A stretch of DNA of 64,000 bases from the human T2T-CHM13v2.0 reference genome, Homo sapiens (GCF_009914755.1 NC_060940.1); one strand, 5' to 3'; positions 1 through 14,789 are shown, numbered from the stretch's first letter. The notes: a model not told the origin generated them from the letters alone. Program-made: numbers and translations.

Positions 1-321
1 GCTGTACTGAGAGTAGTACTCTGTTCAAAATTTATTGGCACCATATAATAATAACTCTACTTCTGCAGAGATATAAATGAAGACAAAAATAAATTGCCAA
101 AACATTCTGGATCTTCTTTTTGTTTAAATCAGTAGGGAAAAATCCATACATAGTTATTGACAAGAAAATCTTTCTTAGGTATGAATAAATATAAGCTTTT
201 CAGTTGATTTGTGTCCATTTCCTGACAACAATCAGGGAATTGCCAAGAAAGAGACATATTTTGTGCCTTTTGAGCTTGAGATGATGATACAATTGTGTTT
301 CAATTGGTGTACCATGCTTAC

Positions 322-356
322 CTATATAAAATGCTCTTTTATAATAATCTGGCAGC
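322..356 (-). other. Candidate 35-nt micro-exon of an unidentified minus-strand transcript
   Basis: Minus strand reads ttttactttttcttttccccctacag|GCTGCCAGATTATTATAAAAGAGCATTTTATATAG|gtaagc, i.e. a strong pyrimidine tract with CAG acceptor and an AG|GTAAGC donor. One stop-free frame gives LPDYYKRAFYI; protein not recognised. Confidence 0.45.
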
Positions 357-1117
357 CTGTAGGGGGAAAAGAAAAAGTAAAACACTCTCCATTGGTTTTT
401 TTTTTTTTTTTGAGGATAAAAATAAATTTACTTGCATGTACAAGAGAAACATTCGTCCAAACTGAAAGTAAGTCTTTGACTTCCAAATTGTTGCATGACA
501 TCTTGGCTAATGCTATTACCTTTCAGTCCAAAGCAGCCTCATTTTCCTCTTGAGGTTCGTGTTTGATTTTTATTAATGAGCATCTATTGGTGCATTCTCT
601 ATCTCTATCTGAGAACCATTAGCTATTACTCATCTCTGGTGTTTTATGTGTCAGTGTCAATTAGTAATATAATATCGATGTCAGAGATAGAGTACCATGG
701 AATAAAAGACAATAGCGAAGTATACTATAATCTCTGCAGAAATTTGTTTTCATTTATTATTCAGTTCTAAGTAGTTCTATAGATGTTTTTCCCATGAAAA
801 TTTCAAGTATGAATGTCTGACAACATGTGTCAATTTCTCTACTGTGAGGGGAACTGATGCAGTGTGAAGAAACACAGATTAGATTAAACTTGAGGTTTCC
901 TAGCCTCCCTTCTCAGTGTGAGCCTCTGCTCACATTTCCTTTCTTGCTCTCTTTTGGTGGTCGTGGTGTGTCGAGAGCATTATTTACTTATCACAAAGGA
1001 GTTAGAGGTTGGTAACTGACTATCAAGTACCAAATGCTAATAAATTTTTTAAAAAATCAGTGACTTCCATGAACCTACCAGGGTTGGGGACTATTTGTCC
1101 TGGAATGCAATATATAA

Positions 1118-1450
<333 letters not shown>

Positions 1451-2249
1451 TAATACTAGAGGCCACATGCGGGCCCTGGAATATCCATTAAAATAATTGC
1501 TTTGATCCTAATATAAGTGATAAAATATTTTATTTTAAATGAAGACTTCATTGCTTTGAAAATATATGTGTCATTTAGATGCTGGGTGTATTCAGACTTG
1601 AAGTACCTAGATAGTGAACACTAAAATGTATGCAGTGGTGAAGGGAACAAAAGACCCATCAGAGTCAAATATCGTTATGCATTTTTATAAAATTATTGAC
1701 AGAAAGGCCCCCTTTTATTTATTTATATGCTTATTTGTTTAAATCTTTTTATCTGGTATTCAACACTGAAGGCCTAAGGAAGGGAGTTACATAGGAGTGA
1801 TTAATGGACCCAGAGCTGCCAGGCAGGCTCACTATTTGAACATAAGCAATCAATCAGTTAGTGGAGCAGCACAGTTCTCTTTGGGGGACCTGCAGTTGCC
1901 TTGGTCCTATACAGAGCTTGTTTATTCCAAAGCAGTCAGTCCCATATAGAATGCCCCAATGAGCAATCATGCCCCACTATAATTCATTAATTTTGCAGCT
2001 TATCCTATGAGGTTTCTCCTTGAGTCTTCTGGTCCATATAAAACTGTGAATTATGACCTTATGTATTATTTCAAATGAGCTAATTGCCATCTCCTGGTAA
2101 TAATGAAACCATTAATCAGGGTAACTAAACACAATTCTAGTACTTTCACTGGAGAGGGGAAACTTCTAAAAGAGTTGTACTTCACCAGGGTCCTATAACC
2201 CTATTTTCCTCTCCCACTCAACACACTGACATTTTGTAATGCTAACATG

Positions 2250-2470
2250 AGTAAAGAATAATCATAATACTTAGCATTTATATAGCTCTTAAAAAACATT
2301 CACTAATTAATCCTCATGCCAGCTCTACTCGGCAAGCACCGTGTCTATTGTTATCCATGCTTTTCAAAGCCTGGAACTGCAGAAATGTTAAGAGATTCTC
2401 AGAAAGGTTAAGAGACTTGCCAAAGGTCACAAAACAACATAGTAATGGAAGTTAATTCCAGCTGAGACAT
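2250..2470 (-). mobile_element. MIR remnant
   Basis: Degenerate MIR core aggttaagagacttgccaaaggtcaca; boundaries approximate. Confidence 0.55.
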
Positions 2471-2964
2471 CATGTCATGCAAACATGTGGTCTCTTGGAG
2501 GCTTGAAGGCCCATTAGTAATATGAGGCCTGGGCTATGGGAAAAACCCAGTTGTGTTGTGCAGAAAACATAATTCAATAGCTGGAAACAGGTGACATGCA
2601 TTTGTCAATATATGGTCAGAAGAAAGAAGCAGTCTGAGCCTCAATTTCTCAGTCTGTCCTTGGTAGGAGAATGTGTACCCTGCAAAGCAGCTTTCTTCTC
2701 TGTTCTGCTCTTCTAAGATTATACAATGAAATATGCAAAGCTCTTAAAAATTACTAAAAAGTCGAGACGATTTCAAAAATATACTGCTCTTCTCTGGGGT
2801 AGTGTCAGACTACTAGACTCCCCCATTGAGAAATAATGTGAGAAGTGGTGGCAAATTTCACATTTACAGACCCAAGAAAACTCAAGAGGAGTGATAATTA
2901 ACAATTAATCAAAAACACCTCCTAAAGTCTACCTATTCAAATGTAGGAAAATGTCTTGATTTAA

Positions 2965-3283
<319 letters not shown>

Positions 3284-3431
3284 GCATATTCCTTTTGATA
3301 GTCAATTTACATGAGCTAGTAATACAGAATAAAATACATTTTAAACTACAAAACTGCATTTCAGAGGTTAAAAAAGTGAGATCAGGGACTGAGCTCATAG
3401 GAGGAATGAGAAAATGTTTGGGAATATTTGA

Positions 3432-3714
<283 letters not shown>

Positions 3715-4186
3715 TACCATTCTTTACCATTACAATAATTAATAATAACATAAAAATTTTGTTTGATGTTCTGAAAAAGAAAACTTGCCTCCCTTGATGA
3801 TTTAGTATCTGGAGCAGCTCAAAAAAATACCTTCAGATAGAGAAAATCAGATGGGAAAGATAGCTCTAATTAAGTTATGAGATGTCATCATCACACTAGT
3901 TGACAGAGAATTCTAAATACCTGCCATGCTGCCCACCCCCTTAAAACACTCAGTGCTGATGTGATAAAATCCCTTGATTTGTAGAGTAAAAATGAGATAA
4001 CCTGAGACTTTCAGAAAAATTTTATGAAAGAGAAAAGGTAAGCAGAAACCAATTAAACCACAAGACCGCAGGAAGCAAGAAAATCTGCCCATTACTCAAG
4101 CTGCGTTAAGAGAATCATGCTCGTTTACAAAGCCCATTATCTATTTATTGGCTCCAAATAGTTGGCATACTTTTCCAGGCATTTTC

Positions 4187-4244
4187 CATGTGCAAGATTA
4201 CATACTTTGGATGTAATTGCATGTGCAAGATTACGTACTTTGGA
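4187..4244. repeat. Short direct duplication (25 bp x2, period 33)
   Basis: catgtgcaagattac(a/g)tactttgga at 4187 and 4220, separated by tgtaattg. Confidence 0.85.
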
Positions 4245-5679
4245 CAAGGTAGATTTGGACTGCTTTTAAAGCTTAGTTGGTTGAAAGTCCCCACTATCAT
4301 CTGTTGATCAATATAGAGATATTTATTCTCAACAGAATCTAACTCAAGTATTCAAATGTTTATTTCAATCCTATTGATCACTCCTATATAGAAGATACAG
4401 TTAAAGGGATAATAGTGAACTTCTCATTCAAATGACAGTTTTTTTGTTTGCCAAAGATTGATAAAATCTGTTACCAAAGGGACTGTGTTTGGCAATAACA
4501 CAGCTTACTCCTGAGCCATGGTAGGTTGTATTAGAGGCTGGGCATAGCAAGACCTGAACGACCACCCTCACTTTGTAATCTAATAATATATTACATAAGA
4601 ACAAGCACACCAGCCATCAGGAGAAGCACATAAGAAGAAACCCCCTGTGAACTCAAACTTTGGTGGCAATCTTGAATCATTTGTGGTGAAATTTTAAATT
4701 TTTTTTTTCTGTATTCAAACATGGGCTGCAACTTTGAATGACTTTAAATGAGATAATTGTGATTTTGTGTGACATTGTCATAAATCAAAACAGTCTTTCT
4801 TAGGCATCAACACATAGTCTTCATCATCTTGTAATGAATCACTCAGAGTTCAAGGGTGAAGGTGGCACTTCATAAACAAATAATACAAGATTGCATCATC
4901 TAACCACTTGTCTTGGTATCAAGCAGCATCCAACTTTCCTGCATATTAGTGCCATATGGTGCCTTTGATAGGACAGAAAAGTATTTGAATCATTAGTATG
5001 CTCGGGCTGAAGCCAACAGGGTACACACTTTCAATTCTGAAAAGGCTCTCTCTTAAAGGTGACTTATATTCATTATATTCTGATGCTTTGTCTATGTAAA
5101 TTAGCAATCAAATATTCTAAGTACATGATGGAAAATAATTTTATCTACTGCTCGCATCCTAAATCATAGTCGTCAGGTTTAAAAGTCTGATTGGGGAGTT
5201 TTGTTAAAATATCTTCCAAGTGTTAATTTGGTACATTTTCCAAGTTAGTGAATCTTCGAGCATGTGAAAAAAATCTATATATGAAAATGTAAAATTTATT
5301 TAGAAGGCAAATCAAATTGGACACAAAAATCTTTCACTGTGCTTAATTTAGTCAGCTTCTTCCTCATGAGATGAGCTAGTAGAATGAATGAACTTTAATT
5401 AACTTATTGGCTCCTGGTCACATGATTGCTGTGTTAATCTATCATTTTAATAGGCTGTCTTCCATGGGTATTTTTATAAATGTTCGACAAAATGAACCAA
5501 CAAATTAATTTCTAATAATTCTCTATTTTCACAGTACTTCAAATGGTATCCATCATTCTCTGATTTTAATTACAGTTCTGTAAAAGTGTGAGTAGAAGAT
5601 GCAAATTCTCCTTTGATTCTAAACAATTTGTGAGAAAACAAGTAATTTGAGTAATGCCAGATAGAGAAGCTTTAGCAGT

Positions 5680-7600
5680 AAAATTTATCTTTTTTCGTGT
5701 GGAGTTCTGACAAAACACAGTCATGTAACCACCACCACAATTAAGAGATGCGAGAGTTTCATTTTCCTCCAAATTTCCCTCATGCCCTTTGTAACTTTCA
5801 CTCAGCAAAATGCACGTAAGATTTGTCCATGTTGTTGTGTGTAACAGTGCTTCAATCCATTTTACTGCTGAGTAGCATTCTGCTCCTGTGGAATGGATGT
5901 ACCACAGTTTGTTTATCCATTTACCAAGAGATAGTTCAATTGTTTCCAGGTTAGGTGATTATGAATTAAAACTTCAAATATTTATGTCCAACTTTTTGTG
6001 TGAATCTTAAGTTTTCATTTCTCATGAGTAGTGGGACTATGTGGTCATAGGGTATACAAACGTTTCATTTATTAGACTTCCACACTTTTCCAAAGTGACA
6101 GTAACATTTTGCATTCCTATCAGTAATGTATGAGAGCTCCTAGTGCATATTTGCCAGCTCTTGGTATTATATCTCAGTTTGTTTTTGTTTTTGTTTTGAG
6201 ACAAGGTCTCACTCTGTCATCCAGACTGGGGTGCAGTGGTGTGATCATGGCTCATGGCAATCTCGAATTTCTTGCCTCAAGCAATCTTCCCACCTCAGTC
6301 ACCTGAGTAGCTGGGACTACAGGCTCGTGCCACCAGGGCCCAGCTATTTTTTTTTCTTTTGTAGACACAAGGGTCTCGCCATATTCTCTAGGGTGATCCT
6401 GAACTCCTGGGCTCAAGCAATCCTTCTGCTTGGCATCTCAAAATGCTGGGATAATGGGCATGAATCACTGCATTGGGCCTCATTTTGTTTTCAGTTTGCA
6501 TTTTCATGACTAATAATGTTAGGCATCATTCATGTACTTATTTGCCATTCCTGTATCTTCTTTGGTGAATTGTCTGTTCAAATCTTCTGCCATTTTTTAT
6601 TGCGGTGTTTGCTTTCTTGAGTTTTGCAAGTTCTTTATCTATTCTGGATATATGTTTTGGATACAAATCCTTTGTCAGATATGTATTCCGCAAATATTTT
6701 CTCAGTCTGTGGCTTGCCTTTGCATCTCTTAACTGTTCTTTTGCAGAGAAGTTTATAATTCTGATTTATTCAACTTATCAATTTGTTAATTTTTTTAAGG
6801 ATGAAGATTTTGATGTTGTATCTAAAAAAATCTATGCCTAATCCAAGGTCACAAATACTTTCTCCTGTTTTTTTTTTTGTGGTAGAAATCTTATAGTTTT
6901 AGGCTCTCCATTCAGGTCTATAATGTATTTTCTATTAATTTTTATGAATGTTGTGAAGTATGGGTTGTGGTTCTTCTTCTTCTTTTTCATATCCATTCAT
7001 AGCATACATTTCATATCCATCCAGATCATGCTTATCTGTTCAAGTGGCATTTGTCTAAAAGGTTTCTTTCTCTATTGAATTGCATTTGCATCTTTGTCAA
7101 AATCAATTGATGCTAGGTGAACATTTTCATAGATGCCTTTTAACAAATTGATGAAGCTCCTTTCTATTTCTACTTTGTTAAGATATCTAGAAAATCAAGA
7201 ATGAATTTTCTAATTTTGTCTAATGTTTTTTTCTGCATCTATTGAGATGAAATTGTTCTTCTTATTTAGTGTATTAATAGGGTAAATTACATTGTTTGTT
7301 TTCTGAATTTTAAATCCACCTTTTCTCCCTGAAATAAACTCCACTTGGTCATATTATTATTATAATAATATTCTTTCTTAAGGTGATATTTGCATAACAT
7401 ACAATTAGCCATTTTAAAGTATGCAACTCAATGACGCTTAGTGCATTTACAATGTTCTGCAACTATCACCTTCTCTGTAGTTTGAAACTTTTTTTATCAC
7501 CCCATTGGTATGGTATCACAAACCAATACGTAATCATTCACCTTTCCTCTCTGCCACGAATTCCTTGACAACTGTTAATCCGTTGTCTAAAATAAATTAA
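5680..7600 (-). mobile_element. Old L1M fragments (3' end and ORF2), interrupted by an Alu
   Basis: Antisense L1 motifs such as gtttgcattttcatgactaataatgtt, ctgcatctattgagatga and gttctgcaactatcacc. Confidence 0.8.
6178..6479 (-). mobile_element. Alu (AluJ)
   Basis: Diverged Alu with J-type gatcatggctca and ctcctgggctcaagcaatcc; (TTTTTG)n tail. Confidence 0.92.
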
Positions 7601-7604
7601 ATTT

Positions 7605-10580
7605 CTTTTTCCTTAGCTTTATTAAGGTATCATTGACAAATAAAAATTGTATATATTTCTGGTCTACAATATGATGTTTTGACATGTGTTATACATTGTA
7701 GAATGACTAAATCAAGCTAATTAGCATATGCATTACCTCACATACATATCACGTTTGTAGTTAGAACACTTAAAATCTATTGTCTTAGCAATTTTCAAGA
7801 ATTCAATATATTGTTGTTACCTCTAGTCACCATGTTGTACAATAGATCTCTTGAACTTATTTCTACTGTCTAATAAAAATTTTGTGTCCTTTGACCAACA
7901 TCTTCCTAACCATCCTTCACTCCACATCCCCATCCCAACCCCTGGTAAACACCATTCTAGTCTCTGCTTCTACAATTTCAGCCTCTAGATGTAAGTGAGA
8001 TAATGAGGTTATTTGTTTTCCTCTGCCTGGCTTATTTCACTTAACAAAGCATCTTCCAGGCTCATGTATGTTGTCACAAATCACAGGATTTTGTTATTTA
8101 AGGGTGAATAGTATTCCATTGTTTTTATATGCCATATTTTCTTTATCCCTTCATTTGTTGATGGGCACTCAGGTTGTTTCCATATTTTGACTTTTGTGAA
8201 TAATGCTGCAACAAATGTGACAGTGCAGACATCTCTTCAACATAGTGATTTCGTTCCTTTGGATATAAACCCAGTAGGGGGATTGCTGGATCATATGTAG
8301 TTGTATTTCGAATTTTTGAGGAAACTCAGTGCTGTTTTCCATAATAGCTGAACTGATTTATATTTCCACCAACAGTGTATAATTGTTCCCTTTTCTCCAC
8401 ACCCTTGCCAGCTTGTGTTACTTTTTGTCTATTTGATAATATCCATTCTAACAGGTGCGAGGTGATATATCACTGCAGTTTTAGTTTTCATTTCCCTAAT
8501 GATTAGTGATGTTGAACATTGTTTAATATACTTGTTGGCCACTTGTATATCTTCTTTTGAGAAATGCCTATTCAGGTTCCTTGCTCATTTTTAAAATTAG
8601 ATTATTTATTTTCTTGGCATTGAGTTGTCTGAATTACTTGTATATTTTAGATATTAACCTCTTATCACATGTATGGTTTGCAAATATTTTCTCTCATTTT
8701 GTAGGTTGTTTCCCTTCACTCTGTTAATTACATTTTTTGTTTTGCTGCAGATGCTTTTAGTGTAATGCAATTCTATTTGTCTATATTTTCTTTATTTGCC
8801 TGTGCTTTTGGGGTTATATCCAAAAAATCATTGTGAGCCCAATTTCTAAGAGTTTTTCCTCTTAGTTTTTTCTAGTCATTTTACAGTTTCAGGTCTTACA
8901 TTTGAGTCTTTAATCCATTTTGAGTTGATTTTTGTGAGATAAAGGTCCAATTTTATTTTTCTGCATGTGGATATTGTTTTTCCAACACCATTTATTGAAA
9001 AGATTATCCCTTTTTCATTGGTTTTCTTCGCACCTTTGTCAAAAATCAATTGACTGTCAATGCATGGGTTTATTTCTGGGCCCTTGATCCTGTTCCGTTG
9101 GTCAATGTGTCTGTTTTTATGCCAGTACCATGATATTTTGATTACTGTAGCTTTGTACTGTATTTGAAAACCAGATACTGTAATCCCTTCGGCTTTGTTC
9201 TTTTTGTTAAAAATTGCTTTGGTTATTTTGGGTCTCATGTGGATTCATGAAAATTCTAGGATTTTAAAAAAATTTCGTGAAACATGTCATTAGAATTTTG
9301 ATAGGGATTGCATTGAATCTGTAGAACAGCATAGACTATTTAACAATATTAATTCTTCTAATGTATGAACATGAGATCCCCTTTGATTTAGTTGTGTCTT
9401 CTTCAATTTTTTTCATCAATGTTTGATAGTTTTCAGTGTGCAGGTCTTTCACTTCCTTGGTTAAATTTTTTCCTAAGTATTTTATATTTTTTAGCTACTG
9501 TAAATGAGATTTTCTTAATTTTTTTCCAGATAGTTCCTTGCTAGTGTATAGAAATGCCACTAATTTTTGTATGTTGATTTTGTATCCTGCAAATGTACTG
9601 AATTTGTTCCGTTTTTTTGTGGAATGCTTAAGATTTTCTTTATATAAGATCGTGTTGTCTGCAAATGAGACAATTTAACTTCTTTCCTTCCAATTTGGAT
9701 GCCTTTTATTTCTTCCTCTTGCTTAATTTCTCTGGCTAGGACGTCCAGTACTATGTTGAATTGAAGTGGTGAAAGTAGGCATCCTTGTCTTATTTCTGAT
9801 GTTAGAGGAACAACTTTCAGCTTTTCCCCATTCACTATAATTTAGTTGTGGATTTGTCATATATGGTCTTTATTGTGTTGTAGTATGTTCCTTTTATACT
9901 CAATTTGTTGAAGGATTTTTTGTTTATCATTAAAGGACACCGAATCTTGTCAGATGCGTTTTCTGCCTCTATTGAGATGAGCATATGGTTTTTTGTCCCT
10001 CATTCTGTAATACGGTATATGACATTTGTTCATTTGCATATGTTGAACCATTCTTGCACCCCAGGAAAAATCGTACATGATGGGATCATGATGAATGATT
10101 TTTAAAATTCTGTTTCCTAGTATTTTATTGAAGATTTTTACATCTATATTCATCAGGGGTATTTTCTTTTCTTGTAGTGCTTTTTTCTGACTTTGGTATC
10201 AGGATAATGCTGGCCTCATCAAATAAGTTTGGAAGTATTATCTCAATTTTTTGTAAGGGTTTTAGAAAGATTGGTATTTATTCTTCTTTAAATATTTGGT
10301 AGAATTCAGTGGTGATGTCATCAGGTCGTGGACTTTTCTTTGATGGGAGGCTTTTTATTACCGATTCAATCTCCTTTCATGTTATTGGTCTGTTCAGCTG
10401 TTTTATTTCTAGGAATTTGTCTATTTATTCTAGGTTATCCAGGGTGTGGGTGTGTAATTATTCATAGTCATCTCTTATAATCCTTTGTATTTTTGTGGCA
10501 TTGGCTGTAATGTTTTATCTTTCATTTATTTTATTTGAGTCATCTCTTTTCTTTAGTTAGGCTAGGTAAAGGTTGGTTGA
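7605..10580 (-). mobile_element. L1MA-type LINE, 3' UTR plus degraded ORF2
   Basis: L1MA 3' end (aaatcaagctaattagcatatgcattacctcacatac). ORF-track peptides WYWHKNRHIDQRN (8876-9238), [19 protein letters not shown] (9560-9835) and MNIDVKIFNKILGNRI (9950-10153) are L1 ORF2 remnants broken by stops and frameshifts. Confidence 0.93.
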
Positions 10581-11470
10581 TTTTACTGTCAAATTCACTG
10601 ATTGTTTCTTCTGCTTGTTCAAACCTGTTGAAAACCTCAACTGAAATTTTCATTTCAGCTACTGTACTTTTCAGCTCTACAAACTTGATTTCTCTTTTAT
10701 GATTTCTTTCTCTTTAATAATACATTCTACTGGCTCATACACCATTCTCATTATTTCCTTTCCTTCTTTGTCCATGAATTCCTTCAGCATTTGAGCATAT
10801 TTAAGATGGTCAATTTAGTCTTTTTCTACTAAGTACTATGTATGGACTTACTCAGGGACAGTTTCTGAATAATTTCTTCATTTTTTTTCCGCTGCGAATG
10901 GGCTAAACTTTTCTGTTTGGTGTGTGTGTGTGTGATTTGTAATACATCTTTAGAACTGGAGATTTTGAATATTGCGATGTGGTAACTCTGAAATCAAATT
11001 CTTCTCCCTCACCTGGGATTGCTGTTATTGCTTGTTGAGGGCTGCAATTATCCATTTGTTTATTGACTTTTCAACAGTGGTTTTCTCAAATAATATATTT
11101 CTTGTCGTGTGTGGCCACTGGAGTCTCTGTTCTGTTACCTCTATATTTAGCTAGTGATGGCTCAGAGATTTCCTTGAATACCTAGGTCTAATTAAAAAAG
11201 GAAAAAAGGCAGTTTGTTGCTTTAAATTATTTTGACTTATACTGACCAGGAAGTTGCTTCAGTTCGAGGGTTTTCCCCTCAATGTATTTGGCAATGTCTT
11301 TTTTTGGTTCTGATATCAAGTTAATTCTGTGTTCACAAAGTAAACTGGGAAATATTTCTGCTCTTTATCTTTTGTGTAGGATTTTTATTATTTCTTCTTT
11401 AAGTGATTGTTGTAATTTATCAGTGAGGCCATTTAGACCAGATGTGTAAGGTTTTAGACTACAAATTAGT

Positions 11471-11626
11471 TTTCTTTAACCGATGTAGAACTTTTTAGGT
11501 AAACTATTTCTTCTTGAGTGAGCTTCATTAATTAATGGCTTTCAATAAATTTTCTTTGACAGTTGTAGAACTTTTCAAGTAAATTATTTTTTCTTGAATG
11601 AGCTTCATTAATGACTTTCAATATAT
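11471..11626. repeat. Tandem duplication (about 80 bp x2) inside L1
   Basis: tttcttt(a/g)ac...tgtagaactttt...ttcttga.tgagcttcatta...ctttcaata starts at 11471 and again at 11551. Confidence 0.85.
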
Positions 11627-11692
11627 TGTTAACTTCATATAAGTTGTTATATTTTTAATGACAATGAATGTGTAGATTAACAAGCCCCCCAA

Positions 11693-11993
11693 TTTTTTTT
11701 TCTTTTTTTGAGACAGAGTCTTGCTCTGCCGCCCAGGCTGCAGTAGTTCAGTGGCATGATCTCAGCTTGCTGCATCCTCCGCCTCTCAGGTTCAAGCAAT
11801 TCTCATGACTCAGCCTCCTGAATAACAGGGATTACAGATGTGTGCCATCACACCCAACTAACTTTTGTATTTTCAGTAAAGACCGAGTTTTGCCATGTTG
11901 GCCAGACTGGTCTCAAACTCCTGACCTCAAATGATCTGCCTGTCTCGGCCTCCCAAAGTGTTGGATTACAGGCGTGAGCCACTGCACCTGGCC
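11693..11993 (-). mobile_element. Alu (AluS)
   Basis: Full antisense Alu; apparent TSD at 11641-11658 and 11994-12012. Confidence 0.95.
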
Positions 11994-12303
11994 AAGTTAT
12001 TTATATTTTTAAGCACAAAATTGTCTATAACTTTATTTTTACTTTATTGTCTATAGGTTAGTAGTGATGTCCCATTTTTCATTACTTATGTTAGTAATTT
12101 ATATCTTCTCTATTGTTTTTAGCTGAAAGTTTCTCATTAGAAGTTTTTTTTTGTTCATTTCTGAGAAATATATTTTCTTTTTTAAAATTTATTTTACCTA
12201 TTTTTCTGCTCTCAGTTTTATTCATCTCTGCTTGTTTCTTCATTACTTCCTTCCTTTTGTTTGTTTAGAGTAAGCATCCAGTCTTCTCCCTCTAGTTTTT
12301 TAG

Positions 12304-12601
<298 letters not shown>

Positions 12602-13319
12602 AATTTTTTATTGTTGAAAATATTTTCTAATTTTCCTTGTGACTTCATCTGCATTCTTTGGATTACTTAGAAGTGTGTTGCTTAATTTTCAAATATTTGG
12701 AGATTTTCCAGATATCTTTCTATTACTGATTTTTAGTTTAATTATATTTTTATAAAAAATATACCTTGTATAATTTTTAACTTTTAAGAATATGTCACAA
12801 TATATTTATGAGTTAGAAATAAGGTGTGAATATTCCATGTGCACTCCAGAATGTTTTGTTCTGCTATTCTTGGGTGAAGTGTTCAAAAAAGGACAATTAG
12901 GGTAATTTTGTTGACAATATTATTCAGGCTTTCAATGCACTTTTGAATTTTATGTCTACTTTTTATTGATTACTATGAGAAGAGAGTTTGGTGGATTTTT
13001 TTTTTTAAATTGTCCCTTGATTTTGCTTCAAGTATTTTGAAGCTCTGTTGTCAGGTGCACAAACATTTAGGATTGTGATGGCTTCTTGGTAAAATGACTT
13101 GTTTATCATTATGTGATATCTCTCTTTGTCCCTGCTGATATTCCTTTTTCCATAGTTTTGTCTGATATTATTATAGTCACTCCACTTTTCTTTTGGTAGA
13201 TATTGTTATGATATGTCTTTGGCCACCTTTTTACTTTTAATATGTAGATGACTTTATATTTAAAGTAGGGTTATTTTGAAAGCATATAGTTTGTTGCCCC
13301 TGTTTATCCAGTCTGATTA

Positions 13320-13679
<360 letters not shown>

Positions 13680-14148
13680 CAAATGGTATGTATAGACCCC
13701 TTATACTTAGTATAAATATTGGTGTATTTGGATTAAAATCTACTACCTTACTAATTGTTTATTTGTTCTGTTTTTGTTCCGCTTTCTCTTTTCTTTCTTC
13801 CTTTGGATTATTTTATGACTCCATTTTTTTGCCTCTACTGTTGGCTTATTACTTATGCCCCTTAAAAAATTTTGTTTTGGTGATTGCCCTAGGATTTATT
13901 ATATGCGTATTTAATTAATCATAGTCTATCTTCAAATAATATCACACTACCTCAAATGTCTTGTAACCACCTTACAACAGTGTACTTCCAATTCTTCTCT
14001 CCCATATCTTGTGGTTTTAATGTTACACATGTTACTTTAAAATAGTCTATAAACACACAATGTATTGCCTCTGTATTTTCTTTAGTTACCTTTTACATTA
14101 AAAGTAGAAAAAAATAGTTCAATATTTGCATTTTAAAAAACTATTTTT

Positions 14149-14604
14149 GGCTAGGCACGGTAGCTCATGACTGTAATCCCAGCATTTGGAGAGGCTGAGG
14201 TGGGAGGATCACAGGCGGTCAAGCGTTCAAGATTAACCTGGGTAACACCGTGAGACTCTGTCTCTAGAGAAACTTAAAAATTGGCCAGTTGTTGTGGTGC
14301 GTGCCTGTAGTCCTAGCTGCTGAGGAGGCTGAGGTTGGGAGGATTGTTTGAACCTGGGAGATCGAGATTGCAGTGAGCCATATTTGAGTCACTGCACTCC
14401 AGCCTGGGCAACAGAATGAGACCCTGTCTCAAAAACAAAAAACAACAGCAAAACCAAAACAAGTCTACCCCTTGTCAACTTGGTACTCACACACATTTCC
14501 TTAAACACAATCTCCAAATAAAGACAATAACAATGTCATAATCTCACCGAACATGATACAACTATCCTGTCTCAAAAAAAAACCCCAAACCAAAAAACAA
14601 CTGC
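14149..14604 (+). mobile_element. Alu (AluJ) with duplicated tail enclosing an ERVL-internal-like fragment
   Basis: Alu end cctgtctcaaaaa occurs at 14423 and again at 14566; TSD-like aaaacta(t/c)ttt at 14137 and 14605. Confidence 0.85.
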
Positions 14605-14789
14605 AAAACTACTTTCAATGCATTTATTCTTTATTTATATTCAAATTTCTATCTATTTATATTTCAATTTCTATCAAGATACCTTATGTATCTTCCGGAA
14701 GAACTTGGTTTAACATTTCTTGTAGTGGAAGTCTGGAGGAAATGATTTTTTTTTTCTGCAAAATTTTCATTTCTCCTGCTATTTGTGGA

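Noticed and set aside
197-473. Plus-strand exon (ttttcag at 197-203, AAA|gtaagt donor at 468) and ORF 209-553
   Set aside because: Short pyrimidine tract, the ORF runs through a T homopolymer, and the peptide is unrecognisable. The minus-strand signals are stronger, though this reading is not formally excluded.
8876-10153. Reverse-transcriptase-like ORFs as a functional gene
   Set aside because: Fragments of an old L1 ORF2 in different frames with stops.
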